DNA of 64,000 nucleotides from Dicyema japonicum (taxonomy: Eukaryota; Animalia; Dicyemida): assembly GCA_011109175.1 (NCBI GenBank), contig RDEW01000023.1, forward strand, positions 724,154-788,153, given 5' to 3'. Positions 52,158-64,000 of this stretch are shown here, in pieces. The notes beneath the pieces are model-generated. The model was given only the letters and a program-made list of their open reading frames with translations, made no database searches and had not been told where the DNA came from. Made by a program: the position numbers and the translations under genes. Positions within the stretch are counted from its first letter, which is position 1. Every line of letters starts with the position of its first letter.

Positions 52158-53973
52158 ATGAAGACGTCCTCATCTGGTAGGAAATAAAATAAATTAGATT
52201 CAAATTTGATATCATGGTTGCTAAGAATTGCGTTTGGTATGGGTCACGTGCTTAATGATTTGATTGGCGGTGTTATTATGACCTTATTTTTAATTTTCAT
52301 TCAACACATTAGAAAGATTCCTCCTGAAATAGCAGGTTGTGTAATTTTGTAACAATTAGGATGGGTATTTTTCGTAGGCCAGTTTGTCGATGCATTCGGA
52401 ACATTGTTTGTGGGCTACTACCTCGATAAAATAAAAATAATTCCATTTTATACTCAAAAAAAGAGTTGGCATTTAATGGGTTTTAATGTTATCAATAATT
52501 AGGTGTTGTCGATGCATTCGGAACATTGTTTGTGGGCTACTACCTCGATAAAATAAAAATAATTCCATTTTATACTCAAAAAAAGAGTTGGCATTTAATG
52601 GGTTTTAATATTATCAATAATTAGGTGCTATTTTAGGAGTAATTGGTGTATTTTTTCATTTACAGAGTCCAATCGGTTGTCCAAATCCAGAAGATTGTTC
52701 TGTAATAGCCCAAGCTATTTATTATATTCCATGTGGGATGATTTTTCAATTTGGATGGGCCTGTTCACAAATTTCCCACCTCTCAATGATTAACGTTTTA
52801 AGCGACAATGACCAAGAAAGGATTATTTTGAATTCCATTCGGTCATAATTTTAAATATTTTAGTTATGGCTTTACTGTTACTTCATATGTAACTGTCTAT
52901 ATTATCGGAACTCTATATATGGGGATTGACTCAACGAGTAACATTAATGGACCGACCACTCCCTCTATTTTTGTAAATCTGTTAAATATTTAGAAAATAA
53001 TGATAACAGCACTTAGCATTGGAGTATTCAGTTGTTTCATATTCCATTCAGTCGTATATGAGCCTAACAACGAAAGAACTAATACAACTAAAACAAATGT
53101 TAAAACTTGGAGAGACTGGATGGGTGATTCTAAACTTTATTTAGTATTTTTGAATTATTAATAAATAGTATGCAGTTATTTATGCCATATCAAGAGTCAT
53201 CACCAATCTTTCAATGATATATTTGCCATTATATCTTATGTACACAATAAAGCTAAGGAGTGTTTGCTATGTATTTAGTATATTTAGGAATTCTTGTTTG
53301 TAATTCCCCTAATTTATTATATATCTTCAATTATTATTTCTGGATTTCAAAATATTTTGATAATACAATTCGGAATAAAGGTCTCATTTTAATTTAATCA
53401 GAAATTATATTTAAGTGGATTAGTTTTAGTTGGAGTGGCTTCAATATTGATATTATTCCTTAAAGAAGGGGATATCACAGGGACAATTATTATGTCAATC
53501 ATATTTGGAGTTGGCTCTACGACAATCATCATTACAGCTTTAGCAATGATTTCAAATATGATTGGGGGACAAGTTTTCATTTATTTTATTTTAGAACGAT
53601 TCGGGGTTTGTTTATGGATTAGTAAGTTTCTGTGATAAAACGTCGACTGGAATTATTGTAGTCATAATTCAGACTATCAATAATATTTTGTAAATAAATT
53701 TAAGTTAATTAGTTTCAATACCAAGGAACTCAGTGCAAAATATACAAGACATACTATGTGTTGGCTGAATTTAACTTCAATAACGATTGCCTGTATTTGC
53801 ATACTTTTTACAAATCTGAGACGTTTCTCTAGAGGAAACTTAACTGAAAGTGGTAAGTTAAAGGGAAAAATTTAGATTTGTCACCTTTACTTATAAATTC
53901 ACGTATGACAGAAAGTGACAAGAGTCAATTATATCAAAGTTGTACGATAGCCCTGAGTTTAAAAAAGTATTAA
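52158..53973 (+). CDS. MFSD12: Major facilitator superfamily transporter MFSD12; about 11 micro-introns; contains a 122-bp tandem duplication
   Basis: FGMGHVLNDL, GQFVDA, KKSWHLM, YYIP..IFQFGWACSQISHLSMI, IR|YGFTV, SGFVYG..SFCDK, C-terminal ESDLSPLL dileucine-like motif; introns 21-26 nt. Confidence 0.93.
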
Positions 53974-55229
53974 CCATCTTTTTGTTGATTAATTTTAAAA
54001 ATTTAAGTTTTAATTTTTAAAAATTATAAATTTATTATTTTACTGTAATCGATCAGCAGGTTTGTAGTTAATAAAAATTTTGGTGCGGGTGTTACACAAT
54101 TATTATAAATGTTTATGCGCGACATGGTGAAAGGAATTTTTTTTATTTTTATAGTAAGCTATCTTATTTTATAATGCAAGAGGGAATAAAATTATATCTT
54201 TTATCTCCATCAAACATGGACCGGAGATTTGCCGGACTCACATGCAGAAGGTGTGACAAAACTTTCTGTTGGGGTGAGTGATGATGTGCCTATTAAAGCG
54301 AAATCAAAAAATCGTGACTAAATAAATTGTAGACGTTGTCATACATGAGAATGAATAAAAGATCAAGTAAGAGTGAGGTGATCATTATTTACCTTAACAA
54401 AAAGCCACTTACTTCCATGCCCAATCGTTCCTTTATTGTCAAAAGTCTGTACCACAGCTTCTTTCACCTCGCTTTTTGGGAATTTCTTTCCAATGCTGAT
54501 CAAAAATAAACTTGACAGGCACTTATTTGACATCGAAGACCTCAAATATGTTTTTATTTGTTTTAACTTTTAAAAATAATCTTCACAGCTATCGATTGAA
54601 TTGATCGCTAGCAGTCGATCTTATCCAGGAATAAGTTAGTCAAAAATAAACTTGACAGGCACTTATTTGACATCGAAGACCTCAAATATGTTTTTATTTG
54701 TTTTAACTTTTAAAAATAATCTTCACAGCTATCGATTGAATTGATCGGTAGCAGTCGATCTTATCCAGGAATAAGTTAGTATAAATTAATAACGTGAACT
54801 CTATGTCTTGGATCTACTGTCCCTACAGCGTGCTATGGTCCCCCTTTAGGTACTCCCCTGCTCACATGTGGTACCATCGACTGTTAGGGGCATCATGATC
54901 TTTCTTGGCGAAGAACGAATTGGTGATCTCAAGACATAAGGAGATAAGCGGAATTTTGAAGGGAACTCTGGAGTCTCTGGATACAGAAATTCAAATCCCT
55001 AACTTCCTTATTCGAAACCTAATCAAAAAACCTTAACTCTCCCGACTAAAGCCATAATGGTGGTCATATATTTTTCAACTTCAGGCACACTTTCTCTCCA
55101 GAATATTCGATAGTCTTGAGAGAAAAAAGACAAGTCAGTAAGACGAAATGTTTGAAAGATCCCAAGTAGATTTAAAGATGATAAATGACTGTTTACAGAT
55201 TATTGGTACAGTGTTACTCAAAAAATAGT

Positions 55230-55570
55230 CTTCAGCTGATTTCTGCTATATTGATGCAGATACTAAGGAAATTACCCGGAACATTTTAATCAGTGATGGT
55301 TTACACGGATGAGCTGAAAAAAGAAAATCTATTAGATTTCCAAAAACTATTTAGTTGATGTGGTCTTTGTCTAAAATTTTTGACTTTGATGATAAATCAG
55401 CTATTTTTTATAATAAACATACATTGAAGTGTTTAATACCAAGACTAATTGTTTTTAGTTAAATAAATACTTTCTTTGATGATAAATCTTGCTATACATA
55501 ATCTGACGCCATGGTCAAGCACGGCGGAGGTAAACTAATGTTTCTCATATAAAGGAGTCAGAAATTTAAT
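55230..55570 (+). mobile_element. Tc1-like transposase remnant
   Basis: MVKHGGGKLMF matches the Tc1 TVKHGGG motif. Confidence 0.55.
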
Positions 55571-55849
55571 TTTAATAGAAATCTCAAAAAATTTAAAGTA
55601 TGACAAAAGATTATATTAATCCGTGTAAAAATTATATTTAAGCATTTTACAAAACTGGCACATCAACAGAAATTTATAGTTTTGATTTTCGCTTCATTTC
55701 GTGATTCTTAATTTATATATGATATCATGTAGCATGCTGTGAACTGTTTTTAATCATAAGAAAGGCGATTTTTGTCAATAAAGTCAAAAATTCATATATT
55801 CTTTAAATTGTCTAAAACTTATAAAAATGTGATTTTTTAATCAGAAATA

Positions 55850-56890
55850 CAGTAAACTCTCATTAATCCGAACTAAAAAAATTGGGATGCCTTTCGGATT
55901 GTGAAGGGAATAAATATATTAATTTTATTGTAGTTAACATTAATGTTTTCACATATAATCTCCATTTTAACATCAATAATTTCTTGGTCGACATTATAAT
56001 CTTCACAAAAAATGATCATTTCGTTCTCGTCGGGTTTATTTACATATTACAATAATTTTAAAAGTCAAAATCTTTTTAAAATCTTGGTCTTTTATTATAA
56101 AAAGGATTAATTTTTATTGTTCCAGTTCCATTAGCACAAAGAGCTATAGTAATCATCACTTTTGATTGCTTTATGCCATTTCTATCATTAGATGAAATTG
56201 TTCTAGAAGGGTAAGATTAAAAAGTCAAGTTTCATGCATTTTTAGCAATACGTCAGGGTCTACTTCTGTAAACTAATCATATTTGTCTATTCAAATTAAT
56301 TTCATCTTGTGTTAGCTGTTAGCTCCTCCGTAAAGAACTTTTAGTCTAAGATTAAATCTTTTTTTAAATCTGTGTAGCCTTTAGTAACTTCAAAATCATT
56401 GATTCCAAGCTTTTCACTGAATACTTTAGCTTATGAAATGATCTTCAGTAATGAAACCATTAATTTCATCCATTCAACAAGTGTATAAAGTNGTCCACTT
56501 CTGTAAACTAATCATATTTGTCTATTCAAATTAATTTCATCTTGTGTTAGCTCCTCCGTAAAGAACTTTTAGTTTAAGATTAAATCTATTTTTAAATCTG
56601 TGTAGCCTTTAGTAACTTCAAAATCATTGACTCCAAGCTTTTCACTGAATACTTTAGCTTATGAAATGATCTTCAGTAATGAAACCATTAATTTCATCCA
56701 TTCAACAATTGTATAAAGTTGATGACGTTTACCACTTGACTCTTGATTTGTTTATCGTAGTTTCACAGTTTTCCAACTTTCACGGTTTTTTAGATGTTCT
56801 AAAAGTGTAAAAATTCCCAAATAAGCGTTTATTTCTATTTCACAGATATGGGATAATTCTAAGAGTCATATTTGATGTACTTTTATTTCA
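55850..56890 (-). mobile_element. pogo/Tigger-like DNA transposon remnant
   Basis: TA|CAGTAAACTCTC TIR; KQSKVMITIALCANGTGTIK (DDE_1-type); LHRFKKRFNL (CENP-B-type HTH). Confidence 0.7.
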
Positions 56891-56907
56891 CAAACATTAC
56901 TTCATTT

Positions 56908-56938
56908 TTGCCCGACACCTAACCACTATGCCATCGGG
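56908..56938 (-). mobile_element. Isolated 5' head (A box) of the SINE-like element
   Basis: gcccgacacctaaccactatgcc is the exact reverse complement of the head at 17322-17344. Confidence 0.65.
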
Positions 56939-57329
56939 CTACTAATTAATTATATTTCTGGCTATCTACCCAATATAGTTCTGCTCAAAGTTGTCTTGAA
57001 ATTGTAGTAGTATTGTAAAAATTTTATTGAATTAAAAAACAACAATAATTTTGTTTGAAATGGAAATAATGTATTAGAATGTTCTATTGGTTTATAAATT
57101 GAAAAATATGACAGGAAAAACTCACTTCACAGTGGAAGACGCAGCTAGCATATTCAAAAATTGTATTTCAGTAACATTGTATGCGGAATTAAGTATCTAA
57201 AATCTAGATTTTCTGTTAATAAGTTTTTTCTATTAAAAATGGAAAAGCAACATATTTCTCCATGAAAAATATCCTTTTATGCTAAAAATAAAAGTTGACT
57301 TACAAATTAACCAAATATGTTAAGCTTTA

Positions 57330-58409
57330 TTATGGAAGTAAATTTAAAGGGTAAATAATATCAGTTGAACAAGTCTTAGGTCTTATAACTAGAGGTTTTC
57401 CAAGTTTTCTTATTTTACGACCAAAACGTCCACCCTTCCGTTGAAACTTTCCACTCCTTGGTCTCACTCCCAGCCTCCTTCTCTGACCAGCAGTGGTTAA
57501 TTTGACATCTTTATGTTGTACATTTGATACTCTGCCGATTACACACATGCAACGTTTATTTACTACATATTCCTTCCCACTAGGAAGTTTAACCAAGACA
57601 TCATCCCCCATCTAGATAATCATATCATCTCACCTTATTCAGCAAGGAAGCATGTGCTCCAGCAGCCACTGCTATCACTGGTCCATATCCTGGTATAAGT
57701 TCAACACAGCATATTTCTGAGCCAATCATCAATGCTCCAAGAGGATGAGCATCGCCAGGAGAACCAGGAACTGATGGTTATATTATCATTTAACCTGGAA
57801 TTTTGGGTATGTCTGAATATGTCCTAATAATATCCCCCACTTTCATTGTAGTGGTTGCAATAACCCAACGTCTTGCATCCCCGGCAGCAATCAGAGCTAA
57901 TTTTGCTGAATGCCAGTCATCCTCTCGCAACTAAATTATAATCCCTAAATAACACCTCACATATCCTTTCTTCAATAATCTTTCCAGGACGGGACAGTCT
58001 TGACTGATTCCACAAAAAGTATTTCTTGAAACCTCCACCAATTCTATTTATAATAATCCGCCCTGCACAGTAAACAAAAAGCAGACCATGGGCATTTCGT
58101 CCACCAGTACGTTGACAGGGCAAAGGTTCATGAGTATACTCCATATTCCTTAGATTAAACCCAGCCTTTCGAAGAGAATAATGTAGAATGAATTGACTTC
58201 GTTTATTGAGGGGATCCTTAATGCTCACATCTTCACTAAAAATTGTTTGCAAGATATCACGGTTTAATTGTTGAAATTAGATTATTTAGTTCCTCGGATC
58301 TCTTTGAAATAGTAGTATATACTTTACGAGGAACATATTCAGACCAAAGACGTCTGAACCCAATTAAAGGCTGAAATTTAAGTCTGCATAAATGCATGTG
58401 AGACAACAT
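57330..58409 (-). CDS. MRPL2: Mitochondrial ribosomal protein L2 (uL2m)
   Basis: RTGGRNAH|GRIIINRIGGGFK, SAKLALIA..RRWVIATTTMKVGDII, GDAHPLGAL, AAGA, VKLPSG, IGRVSN, AGQRRRLGVRPRSG; 5-6 introns of 21-25 nt; N-terminus resembles a targeting peptide. Confidence 0.93.
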
Positions 58410-58489
58410 AAAGGGATTTTAATTAAAATTTTAAAATGAAATTAATTATAAATAAGCATTAAATTCATTTTATAATTATTTACCAAAAA

Positions 58490-59155
58490 CCATTAAGTCT
58501 CGAGATCATTAGCTCTCGTTGGAAACTTTTCGGACAAGTCCTGAGGTTGGTCCCGATATTCTTCCTCCTAATATCGCAATGAAAGATTACTACTCCTCCA
58601 ATATAAAACGCTTTCGTGGAAGACCGAGAGCAACCCTCCCGGTCGTTTTACAAAACGATCTGAAAACCGTGAAGAAAACATTGGCATCTGGTAACGACCT
58701 GGACACACTGAGGGATCTGGCTAAGAACAGAAAAGCCTTGAACAAGCTAGCTCTTTCTTATATATTTTTTGCTGCACATGCGGGCTTTCGTAAAAGTGCT
58801 AATAATAATATGTCGCGAGCGCTACCTGAAATATCGATTNGACTTTTCGGATACGTCCTGAGGTTGGACCCGATATTCTCCCTCCTAATATCGCAATGGA
58901 AGATTACTACTCCTCTAATGTAAAACGCTTTCGTGGAAGACCGAGAACAACCCTCCCGGTCGTTTTACAAAACGATCTGAAAACCGTGCGGAAAACATTG
59001 GCATCTGGTGACGACCTGGAGACACTGAGGGATTTAGCTAAGAACAGAAAAGCCTGGAACAAGCTCACTCTTTCTTATATATTTTTTGCTGCACATGCGG
59101 GCTCTCGTAAAAATGCTAATAATAATATGTCGCGAGCGCTACCTGAAATATTGAT
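58490..59155 (+). mobile_element. RTE-like LINE 3' end, duplicated across N 58840
   Basis: RFRGRPRTTLPVVLQNDL..LRDLAKNRKAW. Confidence 0.75.
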
Positions 59156-59209
59156 TTTTTTCCCTCAAAATTAAACGAATAGTCTTAAGACACTCACAAG
59201 TCGAACTTA

Positions 59210-62200
59210 GTCAATCAATCAAATCAAATTTATTCCAAAGTAAGTAAGTAAGGAGTTATTTTTTAGAATATTTAAACGTGTCCGCCTATGCGGCCTGGAC
59301 ACTTCCGATGTATCCACACTCCATTTAGTTATCTTTTATCGTCGGATCCCATTGATTCTTTTCTCTATGATGTTTTTAACAGGAGTTAGAATCATGTCTT
59401 CTTCAGTGCTGAGAGCATCCCAGAGCCTTTTCCCCAAAGCCAACTTTATTGACGACCTTCTGGTTTTTTCCATGAGAAACATTATTCTTTCTCTTTGGCA
59501 AGAGAAAAACCATGCTTCGCATCCATATAGCAGTTCCGGTAGGATTGATCCTCATGAAGATGAACAAGAAGGTTTCCAGGATTACAAGCAACTTTCTCGT
59601 ACATAAGAGTGCCCTTCTTCGTCTTATGTCCTCCATTAAAGGAACCATTTCCATCGATTGCTATCCCGAGGTAGCGCATTGAGTTTACTTTAGGAATCTC
59701 TAATGAGTAAGGCTGCTTCTGATGCCCCCTTAGGCGACTCACTCGTAGAGAGCTGGATTTCTCCGTAGACAATCTCATCCCTCTTTTTGTGCACCAGTCC
59801 TGAACTTGTCCAATGAATGACATGATCCTTTTCTCCGAAAGAGTTGATTTGCCAGATGTATCAGTGATCAGAATATCATCGGCGTATATCAATAGTTTTG
59901 TGTTTATGCCCGGTGGAGTTGGAAAATCCGATAGAAATATGTTGAATAGCAGAGGGCTCAGGACGGAACCCTGAGGAACTCCCCTCTTCAGTATGATGTC
60001 TTTCGAAATATGTGCTCCAACACGTACTTAGGTAATCCGTCCTGTTAGGAAATCCCTTATCCAGATGAGAAGTTTCTTTTGGATCTGAGCAGCTGCTAGC
60101 CTTGATAGGAGTACTTTATGCCACACACTATCGAAAGCCTTGGACAGATCCAAACATACCAGGTTGACTAGTCTTTTGACTTCCAGACCTCTCAATACCG
60201 TTCATGCATCTGGTTGATACAGTCCGTTTTCCAGGTCTGAAGCCCCATTGTTCTGCGAAGAGGAAACCACTCTTTTCTATGTGGTCGTTAAGCCTCCTGA
60301 AGATAATTCGTTCGATAATCTTGGAGATCGAACAGATGAGGCTTATTGGCCTATAGCTGAGAGGGTCCCTCCTCGATTTTCCCGGTTTCAGTATCATTCT
60401 GACAATGGAAGATTTCCAGCGTTTTGGGACATGACCATGATGAATGCTTGCATTGAATAAATTCTTCAGTATGGGAAATAGAGCCTCTGGGGCTTCCTTG
60501 AACAATCTCATGCTTAGATGGTCAAGTCCAGGAGCGTTAGCCTTGCATTTCATGATTGCAGTCATGACTTCCTCCGTAGTTATTTTCACTTCAGTATCTT
60601 TAAGATCGTCCAAACAGTAGGTTAAAATTTCACGTGAAGAATCTAACGTCTCCCTCGGAATAAGCTCCATCGGGTTGACCCCCTGAATACGGTCCAGTTG
60701 TTTCTTAAAAATATCTGGGGCTTCTTCCATAGAACACAGTCCACCTTCTGGCTTGGTCAAGGAGATTTTTATGTCATTCCTTTTCTGGCTAGTTATTCTT
60801 TTGTAGAACTTCCAGAACGAGGGGTCTTTGGTGTTTAGTTTGCTTGCCTCTACCCTCAAACATTGTTCTTGAGATAGTATTGTTCCTTCTTCAATGGCTT
60901 TCTTGGTTATCTTCAATTGTCCGGTCAGTGCAATCCGGTCTATCCAGTCGACACATCTTCTGAGTTTAGTCCTCAGGCGATTCCTTTCATTGATCAAAGA
61001 TAATGTGGAAATCGAAAGACTGATGCTCTTTCCATGATTAGTACTCGAGGATCTCCTTTTTACGTAAAGCATTAAGTATGTCTCCATCATGATAGAGAGT
61101 TCATTGTCTATGATGTCGATATCACTTCGGGAATAATCTTTATCCTTCCAGTCTTTGAGGTTTCTTAATATGTACCTTCTGTAGTGTTCCCAGTTTATTC
61201 TTGTTAGGTCGTAAACACAGAGTCCATGGAGTCTGGAGCTAGGTTCAATAACATCTCTTGGGGTATATGATCACTCTCGATGTCCCACATGATCATCGGC
61301 TTTTCTACATAATTGTAGAGTGGTGGTGACACCAGGAACACCCCAAGCATGTCTCCCCCGAAGTGCGAGTAATGATTCGGTTTTTCCGATGTCAAAATCT
61401 CAAATCCAGTTTTATCACTCAATTTCCTTATTCTGATTCCATCATCGTTAGTACCGAGGCATCCATATTCAATGTTTTTGGCATTTAGATCACCCACTAG
61501 GATAGACATATCATTTCTTGTGAAGAATTCTTTAATTTCTGCGGAACACTTTCTAAGGTCTTTTGAATACATTCCACCGACGTGAATCCAACTGCCGCAA
61601 CATCTCACCTCGACGGAAACAAATTCACAGTGTGTATTCATAATAATTTTTGGCTCACGTATCTGTAGAACTTCACTGTAGAACAATGTGGTTCCAGTAC
61701 CAGCTTCTGCACCTTCGACCCATAGAATTTCTATAAAATTGTATCCCTCTAGCATTGTGTTGTTGGTCTTTTTCACTTTGGTCTCGTTGACCACCAGGAT
61801 GTCAATCTTGGTGGACGATAGTAGTAGTGTCAGGTCATGACGCCTCTTCTTTAGGGATCGGGCGTTCACCAGCACTATCTTCAAGTTTCTTTTCAATTTT
61901 CTTGTTGGTGGCCCGGACTCTCCATGGCCAGGTCCACCATATTGCGTAAATCCACTCCTAGTATGTTACTTAGTTCCTTCAGTCTTGATACTATTTCCTT
62001 TAGCTCTTTTTTAACACTTCCTGATAACTTTTCCTTCCGTAGCCAGGCCGACTCTCGCGGAGGAGGTGCTGCTTCGTACTTGTTAGTACTTGGGACAATT
62101 ATCCTTTTCAGGGCTGGCGGTTCCAATTTCTTGGTTATAATATCCGTCTGTTTTGGTTCCTTGTTGTCGATTCGGGAGTTTAACTTTCGTCTGGCCTCCA

Positions 62201-62441
62201 TGAATACAGGGCATCCTTTGTATCTTGCGCCGTGTTTTGTTGATCCGCAGTTAACACATTTTCGCTCAAGAGTTAAATCCGCATCACACTTGGTGGTGTC
62301 GTGTTCTCCTGCGCAGCGGAAGCATTTTTTCCCGTGCACTGGTATGCAAAGTGGCCGATTTGTTGACAACTGTAGCAGATTGGTGGTCCTCTTCGCATCC
62401 ATTCGCAAGAAATCTTGTTCGTCCCGATGTAGAAGCCACAT
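59210..62441 (-). mobile_element. Jockey/I-like LINE: ORF1 (gag zinc knuckles) plus disrupted ORF2 (APE + RT), with AATAAA and TTGA-repeat tail
   Basis: CFRCAGEHDTTKC, CVNCG..H..C; NARSL, NETK, GDLNAK, SDH; APGLD, YRPISL, QWGFRPG, DLSKAFD, GVPQGSVLSP, YADD. Confidence 0.92.
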
Positions 62442-62899
62442 CTAATTAGTGATGCAGCCTCCGACTTTATCTAAATAATTAAAAAATTAATTTCAACAAT
62501 AAAACTCTTCATTTTCCCATATTTTAAACAATTTAAAATTCCAGGTTAGACGATTGTATTCATTTAAGTTTCAATTAAGACAAAAAATTCAAAAAAATAT
62601 TTTATTTATAAGAAATGCTAAGTCACTTCTTTTTAAGCTTTTTAACACGACTCATGTGGACGATCTCGGTATGTCCCTCATTTGATTGAAGTGTCATTCG
62701 TTTGTTAGACAATTTATCTACGACTTTCACTTTTTCACTGTAGGGAAATTCAAATTTCCCTAGCTTTAGCGAGGGAATTGTCCCATGGTCTTTTTTTACG
62801 CAAACCTACGTTGTCAATGTAATTAACTAACCTCATCTCCTTTCTCGAATGAGTATTTTGAGTAATGAACCCCCATTTTTCTGTTGATTATTTTGAAAT

Positions 62900-63840
62900 A
62901 AGGGGAATTCAAATCTAATGGACAATGCATAAAGTCAAATTCTATGAAATAATAAAAAAATAATAACCTGACTCTCCACTTGATTTAACGAATCTCTCTG
63001 TTTCAATTTGAGTTTCTAAATTTTCGCTTAACTCTCAAACCATTCACAAATGTTTCATCATTTTTTTCAATGTAGCCTACATAAGGGAGAACTGGATTAA
63101 ATCCTTTGATGCCTCTGTAACGACGAAACAGATTGTCACCTAATTTATATATAACGCCATACAACCTGTTGAACTATGATAACTAAGATTATAAAATTGG
63201 ACAGCTTTTTTAATCTGTTTTTTCCAACATTTATTTGGATCATTCGATAACATCTTTGATAAAGTTCGAGTGATTGTCTGATTGAATCTTTCTTCAATTT
63301 TTTAAAAAATAATTCAATTGTATACCTTGACTACGTGGGTTGTTTGGACGTGAATGAATTTGAATAATGTTATATTTCTTGCAAATTGCAGTGACATGTG
63401 AGTTTTTAATAAGATCGATTAAATCTATTTGAAATCTCTCATTGGGCCGATTTGCAATTATATGATTTTCTTCATCATATTCCTTAAGACTTCTGGCAAA
63501 AAGACATGTCTCACAATGGGAAAAAATATCGCGAATAACATTTCTTTTCACAAAAAACATCGTTCTTTACAATGTACTTCTAGGATGTTTTGGCCACAAT
63601 GTGTTAAATCATGAATTTGAGTAGCGACAAACTTCATTTCCTCAACGTTGTCCGAAACAATAACCAATTTATCGCCTTCTGGGTCTTTTAGATTCATTCT
63701 TCCTCCTTTAAGAACGAAGCTCTTGAACTTTTTCGGATCCTGCACATAGCATATGCAGGCACATCAGAAGGTAAGCCTCCTTCCAGAATAATTTTGAGAT
63801 TATCATATTCAACAGATGTCTTTGCATACAAGCGTGACAT
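62900..63840 (-). mobile_element. Retroviral-type integrase remnant (Ginger/Gypsy-like)
   Basis: H2C2 zinc finger IHDLTHCG..CETC; ERFQIDLID; HSRPNNPRSQG. Confidence 0.75.
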
Positions 63841-64000
63841 AATAATTCAAATTAGTATTAATAGTTTATAATAATTTTATACAATAAAATTAATATTTTA
63901 TCTTACTAAAAATTAGAATTTTAATCCAAAAGAACAATTTTTATAGTTTTTTTTTTAAATTAATAAATAAAATATGAACAATAGAAGTCATGTAGCTGCC

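Noticed and set aside
61924-62445. 173-aa plus-strand ORF and similar ORFs (5054-5587, 30457-30840, 32235-32588, 41973-42368)
   Set aside because: Antisense or alternate-frame shadows of retrotransposon or DLG coding sequence

Overview
AT-rich nuclear DNA of an animal with miniature spliceosomal introns. Hand-splicing recovers seven protein-coding genes that the ORF track shows only as fragments: PSMA3, a Hippo/MST kinase (STK3/4), NUBP1, a Discs-large MAGUK, CISD3, MFSD12 and MRPL2. Together they contain roughly 60 introns, nearly all 21-29 nt, read in the standard genetic code. This gene set plus intron size suggests a dicyemid mesozoan or a myxozoan (inference only). MRPL2 implies mitochondrial translation is retained. 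The intergenic space is packed with decayed transposons: non-LTR retrotransposons (R4/Dong-like and CRE-like with restriction-like endonuclease, RTE-like and Jockey/I-like with APE endonuclease), hAT, pogo/Tigger, Tc1 and an integrase element. It also holds a tRNA-headed structured SINE family, an RPL18 pseudogene, an 880-N gap and many short tandem duplications that look like assembly artefacts. The most interesting signals concern splicing: an apparent 21-nt length floor with distance-based acceptor choice, degenerate splice signals, a candidate GT-TG intron, and in-frame stops in almost all 3n introns. All homology calls come from motif recognition, not database searches. Transposon boundaries are approximate.
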